A stretch of DNA of 64,000 nt. Source: an uncultured delta proteobacterium. Its GTDB lineage: Bacteria > Myxococcota_A > Polyangia > Polyangiales > Polyangiaceae. Below the pieces are notes generated by a model, which saw only the letters and a program-made list of their open reading frames with translations, did no database searches and was not told the origin of the DNA. The translations under genes were made by a program, and so were the position numbers. Location: positions 288,001 through 352,000 of the forward strand of contig CAWAIF010000002.1 of assembly GCA_963782055.1 (NCBI GenBank), written 5' to 3'. Positions 57,018 through 64,000 of this stretch are shown piece by piece (position 1 is the first letter of the stretch; every line of letters begins with the position of its first letter).

Positions 57018-58469
57018 ATGCGCTGGTCCATCGGCCTCTCGTCTGCGCTCGCCATCGGCATCACCTGCATCGCCGGTTGCGGTGACAGCTCCAGCGCGAA
57101 CGCCGACGGCGGGACGGACGGCGGGGGAGACGTGACGGTGGACGCGGGGCCTGACGCGCCGCCCGGGTGCGATCTCACCAAGGACCCGAAGGACTCCCCC
57201 GCGTGCGTGGACGACTCGGTGGGGATCTTCGTGGACGGGACGGCCGGGGACGACGGCAACGCGGGGACGAAGGAGAAGCCGGTGAAGACGATCGGCGCCG
57301 CGCTGAAGCTGACGAGCGCGCAGCAGGCGCGCGTGTACGTGTGCGAGGGGACGTACGCGGAGGACGTGGTGGTGGACGCGAGCCACGACGGGGTGTCCAT
57401 CTACGGCGGGTGGCGGTGCGCGGACTGGAGCTACAGCGGGACGAAGCCCATCGTGGGGGTGGGGACGATGGCGCTGAGGCTGGACGGGCTGACGAAGGCT
57501 GTGACCATCGAGGACATGGACTGGAAGTCGGCGGACGCGACGGCGGACGGCGGGTCGAGCATCGCGGCGTTCGTGAACGGCTGCGCGAACGTGACGCTGG
57601 TGAGGGACACGCTGGAAGCGGGCAAGGGCAAGGCCGGCGCGGCGGGGACGCTGACGAACTTCAACTACCCGGACCAGGCGACGCTGAACGGGAAGGACGC
57701 GTCGGGTATGACGGGTGGGCCGGCCAACGCGGTGAAGTGTCCGGCCGGCGACACGACGACGGGAGGCAAAGGCGGAGACAACGGCAGCACCGGCGACCCA
57801 GGTCTTCCAAGCCTAGGCGCAGGACAGGGGGGGACCCTGGCAGCTTGCGGTAGTGGCGGCTCAGGGAGTGACGGCGCTCCTGCATCGAAGGGACCGGATG
57901 GCTCGGCGCCGTCGGGGCTAGGTAGCCTTTCCAGTCAAGGATGGGCAAGCATGGCTGGCGGGGCGGCCAAAGCGGGTGGCCCCGGGCAAGGGGGTGGAGG
58001 TGGGCTTGGCTTCGGAGGCGGCGGTGGCGGCGGGGGCGGCGCGGGTGGGTGCGGCGGTGCCGGCGGTACCGGCGGCGGAGGCGGTGGAGCGAGCATCGCG
58101 CTGGTCGTGCTGTCGTCCACCGTCAGCATGACAACGAGCACGCTGCAGGCGGGCACGGCTGGCGCCGGAGGAGCAGGTGCCGCCGGGCAACCCGGGCAGG
58201 GCATCTACGGCTTTGGTGGAAACAAAACGGCTGGTGGCTGCCAGGGTGGCAACGGCGGCACCGGCGGAAACGGTGGTGCCGGAGGCGGCGGGGCGGGTGG
58301 CATCTCCGTCGGCGTGCTCTGGAAGGGCACCGCGGCGCCAACGCTTGACCCGTCAACGAACACCAACATCGTCTTCGCACAGCAGGGCGGCGCGAAGGGC
58401 ACCGGGGGCGCGCCCGGCACCAACGACGGCATCGACGGCGTCGCTCAGGCCGTGCTGGAAGTGAAGTAG
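57018..58469 (+). CDS. Gly-rich lipoprotein, array copy B3
   Basis: B1-type leader MRWSIGLSS..., B2-type central cassette, own distal variable block. Confidence 0.9.
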   Translation: MRWSIGLSSALAIGITCIAGCGDSSSANADGGTDGGGDVTVDAGPDAPPGCDLTKDPKDSPACVDDSVGIFVDGTAGDDGNAGTKEKPVKTIGAALKLTSAQQARVYVCEGTYAEDVVVDASHDGVSIYGGWRCADWSYSGTKPIVGVGTMALRLDGLTKAVTIEDMDWKSADATADGGSSIAAFVNGCANVTLVRDTLEAGKGKAGAAGTLTNFNYPDQATLNGKDASGMTGGPANAVKCPAGDTTTGGKGGDNGSTGDPGLPSLGAGQGGTLAACGSGGSGSDGAPASKGPDGSAPSGLGSLSSQGWASMAGGAAKAGGPGQGGGGGLGFGGGGGGGGGAGGCGGAGGTGGGGGGASIALVVLSSTVSMTTSTLQAGTAGAGGAGAAGQPGQGIYGFGGNKTAGGCQGGNGGTGGNGGAGGGGAGGISVGVLWKGTAAPTLDPSTNTNIVFAQQGGAKGTGGAPGTNDGIDGVAQAVLEVK

Positions 58470-58472
58470 CGC

Positions 58473-58991
58473 TCAGGGGCAGTCGGCCAGCCGCGCGTCG
58501 ACCTCGAGCATGCGCGGGTGGCGCTCGCCCTTGCCCTCGGCGACGAGGGTCGCGCGGTCGCGTCGCAGCGCGGCGCACTCCTCCGCGCTCGGAGGGGGCA
58601 TGGGCTTCGAGTCCCCGCAGAGCGCCAGCTTGGCGGCGGCGACCACCATCTCCGGATGGGCAGGCCCGTATCCGCGCGCCACCATCGCCTCGCGATCGCG
58701 CAGCACGCGCGCGCACGCCTCCGCCGAGGGCGTGCGGTCCTGACACTTCGCGAGGGCCGCCTCCACCTCCAGCACCTCCGGGTGCCGCTCGCCCTTGCCA
58801 CGCGCGCGCAGCTCGGCGCGGTCGAGCGCGAGATCGCCGCAGCTCTCGCCCTGGTGGCTGGGCGCGATCACGATGGGCGCCGGGCCCGCCGGGCGGGGCG
58901 GGGGCAGGACCGCGACGACGACGGTACGCTGCGGGGGCGCGTGGGCGCACGCGACCATGCACAGCGCAACGATCGAGACGGCGAGCCTCAC
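58473..58991 (-). CDS. Small lipoprotein with three G(K/Y)G..HP helical repeats
   Basis: GTG start overlapping the upstream stop; lipobox MVAC; repeats GKGERHPEV, GYGPAHPEM, GKGERHPRM, each flanked by Cys. Confidence 0.72.
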   Translation of the reverse strand: MRLAVSIVALCMVACAHAPPQRTVVVAVLPPPRPAGPAPIVIAPSHQGESCGDLALDRAELRARGKGERHPEVLEVEAALAKCQDRTPSAEACARVLRDREAMVARGYGPAHPEMVVAAAKLALCGDSKPMPPPSAEECAALRRDRATLVAEGKGERHPRMLEVDARLADCP

Positions 58992-59524
58992 TGCAGCAAC
59001 AGCCCTTCGCCCGCCCCGCAGCGAGCGACCAGCGCCGCGAGCGCGCTCATGAGCGCCGTCACGCCGGCCACCTCCCACGCGCCGCGCGTCTTCTCCAGCG
59101 CCTCCCCCAGCGCGGCGATCTCGCCCGGCGCGACGAGGCTCGGTCCCTGGTCGGCGAGCCAGGCAGGGAGCCCGTGGTCGGGGGCGAACACCTCGCGGAT
59201 CACCGCGGCGGCGCTCGCGTCCTCCGCCGAGCCTGCGAGCGCCCCCAGCAGCTTCGCGGGCGCGTCCTCCACGTCCAGGTTCTCCAGCCTGTCGCGCTCC
59301 AGGGCGAGGGCGAGGGCCTCCGCACCGCCGGCGATGAAGCGCTCGCCCTTGCCGAACCAGAGCAGCTTTTTCTTGCGCTCGACCTTGAGGCCCTCGATCT
59401 GTCGCTCGCGCAGCAGGCCCTCGAGCGGCGTCATCGCCTCGTACTCGCGCGCCTTCTCGAACGCGGCGAGCAAGCGCTCCGCGTGCGTCCAGGGAATGCG
59501 ATCGACCGAACCGACCAGCGCCAT
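58988..59524 (-). CDS. Hypothetical protein
   Basis: 178-aa ORF just downstream of trxA with host-like codon usage; no motif recognised. Confidence 0.6.
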   Translation of the reverse strand: MALVGSVDRIPWTHAERLLAAFEKAREYEAMTPLEGLLRERQIEGLKVERKKKLLWFGKGERFIAGGAEALALALERDRLENLDVEDAPAKLLGALAGSAEDASAAAVIREVFAPDHGLPAWLADQGPSLVAPGEIAALGEALEKTRGAWEVAGVTALMSALAALVARCGAGEGLLLQ

Positions 59525-59540
59525 GCGCCGCGAGCGTACG

Positions 59541-59861
59541 TCAGGCGGGGAGCATCTTCAGCAGCGTGGCGGCGTTGGTCACGCCCACGTGCTGGCCAAC
59601 CTTCTCCCCCGCGGCGAACGCCAGGACCGTCGGCACGCCGCGGATGCCATAACGCTGCGCGAGGGTGGGCGCCTGGTCGATGTCGACCTTCACCACCTTG
59701 TACTTGCCCTCCGCCTTGTCGGCGAGCTGGTCGATGACGGGAGCGAGCGCCTTGCAGGGGCCGCACCAGGTGGCGGTGAAATCGACGAGCACCGGCTGCT
59801 CGGCCTCGAGGACCTCGCTCTGGAAGGCCTTGTCGTCGACGTAGGGGACTTTGCCGCTCAT
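59541..59861 (-). CDS. trxA: Thioredoxin
   Basis: VLVDFTATWCGPCK, IRGVPT; AAGGAG RBS. Confidence 0.96.
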   Translation of the reverse strand: MSGKVPYVDDKAFQSEVLEAEQPVLVDFTATWCGPCKALAPVIDQLADKAEGKYKVVKVDIDQAPTLAQRYGIRGVPTVLAFAAGEKVGQHVGVTNAATLLKMLPA

Positions 59862-60167
59862 GGGATGACTACTCCTTGTCGGGGATCAGATGCTCCATAG
59901 CACCGTCTTGTGGTGAGTGTCGCGGTCTGCCGGGCTGCTGGCAGAAGGGGCAAGGTGAGCACGCCAACCATCGGTGTCGAGGGCTCGCGGCGCCCGGCGG
60001 CCTCGCGCTCCCGGTGCCTTCATCGGATGGGCTCCCGCCGGAAGGTTGGCAGGCGAACGATCCGCCACGCGCCCCCCCGCCGGACCCCCCCGCCGGAGGA
60101 GGGAACGGCCGTTCAGCCTCCCCGCGGACTTGCGCGGCGAGGGCCGGCCGGCTAGGTTTCGCCGCCC

Positions 60168-60410
60168 ATGGCCCGAGTCACCGTTGAAGACTGCCTCGAG
60201 CGCGAAGAGAACCGCTTCGCCCTCGTCATCCTTGCCGCCCACCGCACGCGCCAGCTCATGAAGGGCGCCGTCCCGCTGGTGCACTCCAAGAACAAGGCCG
60301 CCGTCACGGCCCTGCGGGAGATCGCCGCGGGTCGGGTCCACTACGACCGGACGACCAACGAGGCGGTGCAAGACTGGATCGACGCCCAGCGGCGCGCCGG
60401 CGTGATCTGA
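60168..60410 (+). CDS. rpoZ: RNA polymerase omega subunit
   Basis: [28 protein letters not shown]...[14 protein letters not shown]. Confidence 0.97.
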   Translation: MARVTVEDCLEREENRFALVILAAHRTRQLMKGAVPLVHSKNKAAVTALREIAAGRVHYDRTTNEAVQDWIDAQRRAGVI

Positions 60411-60444
60411 GAGGGCGCCCGGCCCCGCGCATCCGGCGGGAGCG

Positions 60445-61257
60445 GTGAGCCGGGGCACGTCGGTGGACTGCGAGCTCGTCGCGGGGTCGACCGCGCACTA
60501 CGAGGACCCTGCCTACTACACCGCGACGTACCGCGCGCGGATGGCGGACGTCGCCCATTATGTGCAGCTTGCACGGAAGTGGGGAGGGCCGGTGCTGGAG
60601 TACGGCGTCGGCAACGGGCGCGTGGCCGTCCCCATCGCGCGGCACGGCGTGCGCGTGGTGGGCGTGGATCACTCCGCGCCGATGCTCGCCGACCTGCGGC
60701 GTCGTCTCCGGAAGGAGCCGCCGGAGGTCGCGCGCCGCGTGACCCTGCGCCGCGGGGACATGCGCCGGGTGCGGCTCGGCCGGCGCTTCCGGCTCGTCCT
60801 CGCGCCCTTCAACACACTGCTGCACCTGTACACGCGCGCCGACGTGGAGGCGTTCCTCGCGCGCGCGCGCGAGCACCTGGCGCCCGGCGGCCGCTTCGCG
60901 ATGGACCTGTCGATGCCGATGCCGGAGGACCTCGCGCGGGATCCCGCGCGGGCCCATCACGCCCCGCGCTTCAGGCATCCCACGGCGGGCGTGGTCCGGT
61001 ACCGCGAGTACTTCGACTACGATCGGCTGCGGCAGGTGCTCTTCGTGTCCATGGAGTTCGAGCCCATCAAGGACCCGGGCGCCGCCTTCGCCACGCCCCT
61101 CACCCACCGGCAGTTCTTCCCGCAGGAGTGGGAGGCGCTGCTTCACTACAACGGCTTCGCGATCGAGAGCGCGAGCGGCGACTTCGGCGGCGGTCCGCTG
61201 GACCGCGCGAGCGAGGTGATGGTGCTCGTCGCCCGGCGCCGGAGGGGCTTCCGGTGA
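60445..61257 (+). CDS. Class I SAM-dependent methyltransferase
   Basis: VLEYGVGNGRV, VGVDHSAPML, GDMR, HLAPGGRF. Confidence 0.9.
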   Translation: MSRGTSVDCELVAGSTAHYEDPAYYTATYRARMADVAHYVQLARKWGGPVLEYGVGNGRVAVPIARHGVRVVGVDHSAPMLADLRRRLRKEPPEVARRVTLRRGDMRRVRLGRRFRLVLAPFNTLLHLYTRADVEAFLARAREHLAPGGRFAMDLSMPMPEDLARDPARAHHAPRFRHPTAGVVRYREYFDYDRLRQVLFVSMEFEPIKDPGAAFATPLTHRQFFPQEWEALLHYNGFAIESASGDFGGGPLDRASEVMVLVARRRRGFR

Positions 61258-61955
61258 CGGGGTCGGTCGCGGAAACACTCGCCGGCGTGCGCGCGCGCAT
61301 CGACGCGGCGGCTCGCGCGGCCGGCCGGGATCCGGCGAGCGTGCGGCTGGTCGCGGTCACCAAGACCCACCCACCCGACACGATCCGCGAGGCGTACGCG
61401 GCGGGGCAGCGCCTCTTCGGGGAGAGCTACGCGCAGGAGCTGGAGGCGAAGGCGAAGGCGCTCGCCGACCTCCCCGACCTCGAGTGGCACTTCATCGGCC
61501 ACCTGCAGACGAACAAGGCGAAGGTGGTGGCGCGCGCCGCGCACTGGACGCACGCGGTGGACAGCCCCGCGCTGGCGCGGGAGCTGGGCAAGCGCGTCGC
61601 GTCCGCCGGCCGCCCGGTGATGCCGGTGCTGGTGGAGGTGAAGCTGAGCCGCGAGCCGCACAAGCACGGCGCGCTGCCGGAGGAGCTGGAGGAGACGCTC
61701 GGCGCGGTGGAGGCGGAGCCCTCGCTCTCGCTGCGAGGGCTCATGACCATCCCGGAGCTCGGCCCCGTCGAGGTCGCGCGGGGAGCGTTCGAGACGCTCG
61801 CCTCGCTGCGCAACCTCCACGGGGGAGCGGCCCGGCTGCCCGAGCTCTCGATGGGCATGACGCACGACTTCGAGGTCGCCATCGCGTCCGGAGCGACCCT
61901 GGTGCGGGTGGGGACGGCGATCTTCGGGGAGCGGGAGTACCCCCCATCTGCCTGA
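61254..61955 (+). CDS. yggS: YggS family PLP-binding protein
   Basis: LVAVTKTH, FGESYAQE, WHFIGHLQTNK, GLMTIP, LSMGMTHDFE, VRVGTAIFG; GTGA overlap. Confidence 0.95.
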   Translation: MTGSVAETLAGVRARIDAAARAAGRDPASVRLVAVTKTHPPDTIREAYAAGQRLFGESYAQELEAKAKALADLPDLEWHFIGHLQTNKAKVVARAAHWTHAVDSPALARELGKRVASAGRPVMPVLVEVKLSREPHKHGALPEELEETLGAVEAEPSLSLRGLMTIPELGPVEVARGAFETLASLRNLHGGAARLPELSMGMTHDFEVAIASGATLVRVGTAIFGEREYPPSA

Positions 61956-62002
61956 TTCCGGCCACCTGGGGCAGACCGTTAGCGTGAGCATGGTCCCCGC
62001 GT

Positions 62003-63913
62003 TCAGCGGCGCAGGAGCCGCGCGAGCCACCCGCGCGCCCCGGCCGCCGGAGGGTCCGGCCGTCGCATGCGCTCGCGCAGCGCGACGTTCTCCGCGTCGT
62101 CCGGGGCGGCCGCCAGCGCCCGCTCGAGCAGACGCTCCGCCTCGCCCTGCTCCCCGCCCCTGAAGAGCGCCCCGGCGAGCCGGCCCAGCGCGCGGGGCGT
62201 GTCGCCTTCCAGCGCGCGCGCCCGCCGGCCGTGCACGACCGCCGCGTCGTGCTCGCCGATCGTGGAGAGCACCGCGCACAGCTCCAGGTGCGCCGACCCC
62301 GCGCCCGGCGCCAGGCGCGTCGCCCGCTCCAGGTGCTCGCGCGCGCGCTCGGGCTGCTCGGCGCGCGCCGCCGCCACGCCCGCCGCCAGCCACGCGGGCC
62401 AGGAACCGTGCTCCTCGGCCAGGCGCCGCGCGCGCGCCTCGATGGCCTCCAGCGCCGCGGCGGCCACCGGCGCCTCCCGCGCGGCGCGCAGCGCCGTCTG
62501 CACCGCGAGGGCGGCCGCCGGGTCGCGGATGGTCAGCCGCATGCGCTGGGCCTCCGCCGCCGCGGGCGTGTGCGACATGGAGAGCTCGACCTGACGCAGC
62601 CGGTCCTCCGCGGCCGCGGTCTCGCCCAGCTCCGCGAGGGCGCGGGCGCAGGTGAGGGCGGCCACCGCGTCCTCCGGAACGCGCTCCAGGATCGTCCGGC
62701 AGAGGGCGACGACGCGCGAGGCGCGGGCGATGCCCGGCGGCTCGACGGAGAGGGCGAGCTCGATGGCGCGCCGGAGCGTCTCGGGGGGCGCGGGCGTGAG
62801 GGCGAGGGCGTGGTCGACCAGGACCTGCGCGGCGGCGACGTCCTCGTGGTCCATGGCGACGGTGGCCAGGTTGGCGAACGCGGCGGAGTGGGCCGGCACG
62901 ATCGCCAGCACGCGCTCCCACTGATCGCGCGCGGAGAGGCGGTCACCGCGGGTCGCCAGCACGATGCCGTGCTCGTTGAGCAGCATGGCGTCCGGCTCCG
63001 TCTGACGGTCGATGCCGCAGGCGCACGCGTCGAGCGCGCCGTCGAGGTCCTGCTGCAGGCGTCGCGCCTCCGAGAGCAGCGCGTAGGGGCGACCGCGGGC
63101 GGGCGCGAGCTCGATCGCGCGGCTCGCCCACCCTTCGGCGACGGGGGCATCGTCCGCGCGCAGGGCGAGGGCGGCGGTGGCCTCCAGCAGCTCGACGCGG
63201 CCGGGGGCGTCGTCGCACGCACGGGCCAGGGCGCGACGCGCGGCCTCCGCGATGCCGTCGTGTGGGGTGGGCGCGGAGGCGAGCTCCATCGCGACCGCGG
63301 CGAGGCGGACGGCGGGGAAGGACGCCTCCGGCGCGTCACCGACGGCCCGCCCGAGGTGCAGCAGCGCGGAGAGGCAGTCCTGATGGGAGGCGCGATGCGA
63401 GCCGCGGGCGATGCAGCGCTCCGCCTGCAGCACGCTCTCCAGCGCGTCCCAGCCGAGCTCCTCGATCTGTCGAAGGGCGCCGAGGTCGCCGCCGACGTCG
63501 TGGCAGACGCGGTCGAGGGCGGCGACCAGCGAGCGGCCGGCCATGGGGCCGTCGAGCAGCGCCTCGCTCTTGCTGCGCGCCGAGCCGTCGTGGGGGTCGA
63601 AGGCGACGAGCTCCAGCATGCCGCGCCCCTCCGTGGGCGGCTCGAAGGCGCCGGTCAGCACGAGGGTGACGCCGCTCGGGGTCTCGGCGGCGCCCGGCAG
63701 CTCCTTCCAGGCGTGGGGCGGCACGAAGGCCTCGACGGCCGTCGCCGTGCCGCGGTCGTCCTGGGGGCGCGCGAAGAGCTGGGCGAGCGCGACGCCGCCC
63801 TCGCCGATGCGCGCAAAGGTGTGGACCAGGGCGGCGAGCCCCACGCCCAGGCCGCGGCCGCTGTCCGGAACGCCGAACGGGATGACCACCGCGCGGGCGT
63901 CCGGCGTCTTCAT
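62003..63913 (-). CDS. Tetratricopeptide repeat protein
   Basis: Repeated A...AI.LAP-type helical hairpins along most of its length; alpha/beta N-terminal domain. Confidence 0.8.
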   Translation of the reverse strand: MKTPDARAVVIPFGVPDSGRGLGVGLAALVHTFARIGEGGVALAQLFARPQDDRGTATAVEAFVPPHAWKELPGAAETPSGVTLVLTGAFEPPTEGRGMLELVAFDPHDGSARSKSEALLDGPMAGRSLVAALDRVCHDVGGDLGALRQIEELGWDALESVLQAERCIARGSHRASHQDCLSALLHLGRAVGDAPEASFPAVRLAAVAMELASAPTPHDGIAEAARRALARACDDAPGRVELLEATAALALRADDAPVAEGWASRAIELAPARGRPYALLSEARRLQQDLDGALDACACGIDRQTEPDAMLLNEHGIVLATRGDRLSARDQWERVLAIVPAHSAAFANLATVAMDHEDVAAAQVLVDHALALTPAPPETLRRAIELALSVEPPGIARASRVVALCRTILERVPEDAVAALTCARALAELGETAAAEDRLRQVELSMSHTPAAAEAQRMRLTIRDPAAALAVQTALRAAREAPVAAAALEAIEARARRLAEEHGSWPAWLAAGVAAARAEQPERAREHLERATRLAPGAGSAHLELCAVLSTIGEHDAAVVHGRRARALEGDTPRALGRLAGALFRGGEQGEAERLLERALAAAPDDAENVALRERMRRPDPPAAGARGWLARLLRR

Positions 63914-64000
63914 CAGTTGTTCCCGCGCGGGTTGAAGGTGATGCGCGCGAGGACCGAGCCGCGACCGCCCACCGGCGGCGGTAGGGAGAGCTTCTGCATG
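63913..64000 (-). CDS. Partial CDS (C-terminus), possibly AgmX/TonB-C-like
   Basis: ...MQKLSLPPPVGGRGSVLARITFNPRGNN*; stop overlaps the next start (TGATG). Confidence 0.45.
   Translation of the reverse strand, partial: MQKLSLPPPVGGRGSVLARITFNPRGNN

Larger units (their letters stand above)
51068..58469 (+). repeat. Long direct repeats underlying the five-gene tandem array
   Basis: Near-identical blocks at offsets of about 1497 (B1/B2), 2998 (B2/B3) and 4480-4495 (A1-B1 / A2-B3), including identical intergenic spacers. Confidence 0.93.

Noticed and set aside
50960..58469. Diversity-generating retroelement as the cause of the variable blocks
   Set aside because: No reverse transcriptase in the window; differences are not adenine-restricted and include many synonymous changes and indels.
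50960..58469. CRISPR array or integron cassette array
   Set aside because: Repeats are long and coding; no short repeat-spacer pattern, attC-like sites, cas genes or integrase.
59862..60167. Possible structured ncRNA (SRP, 6S or tRNA) in the trxA-rpoZ intergenic region
   Set aside because: CCGGAAGG is present but the SRP flanking consensus is not; no cloverleaf; length is compatible with two divergent promoters. An Rfam search would settle it.

Overview
Very GC-rich, gene-dense bacterial DNA whose gene content (Hanks-type Ser/Thr kinases, TPR/PEGA-like proteins, DUF4388-like J-domain proteins, Cys-rich and Gly-rich lipoproteins) points to a myxobacterium, probably Polyangiales (inference). 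Housekeeping genes: a Clp ATPase, ppk1, PPi-type phosphofructokinase, sdhCAB, ligA, proC, trxA, rpoZ, yggS. No rRNA, tRNA, CRISPR array, transposase or integrase was recognised. Main accessory features: (1) seven paralogous Gly-rich lipoprotein genes (46121-58469); five form a tandem array of near-identical constant blocks, sharply bounded variable cassettes and swapped leaders, suggesting recombinational diversification of a surface protein; (2) a 'membrane protein/kinase -> TPR-PEGA-like protein -> lipoprotein cargo' module that occurs twice, once with a Cys-rich cargo ending in a Hedgehog-like Hint domain; (3) an alpha-2-macroglobulin-like protein with no thioester motif and a GspG-like insert; (4) a kinase-pseudocyclase-STAND-TPR protein beside a patatin. 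All four apparent frameshifts fall at GATC sites, which suggests systematic, possibly methylation-linked, sequencing error rather than true pseudogenes. All domain calls come from motif recognition by eye; no searches were run.
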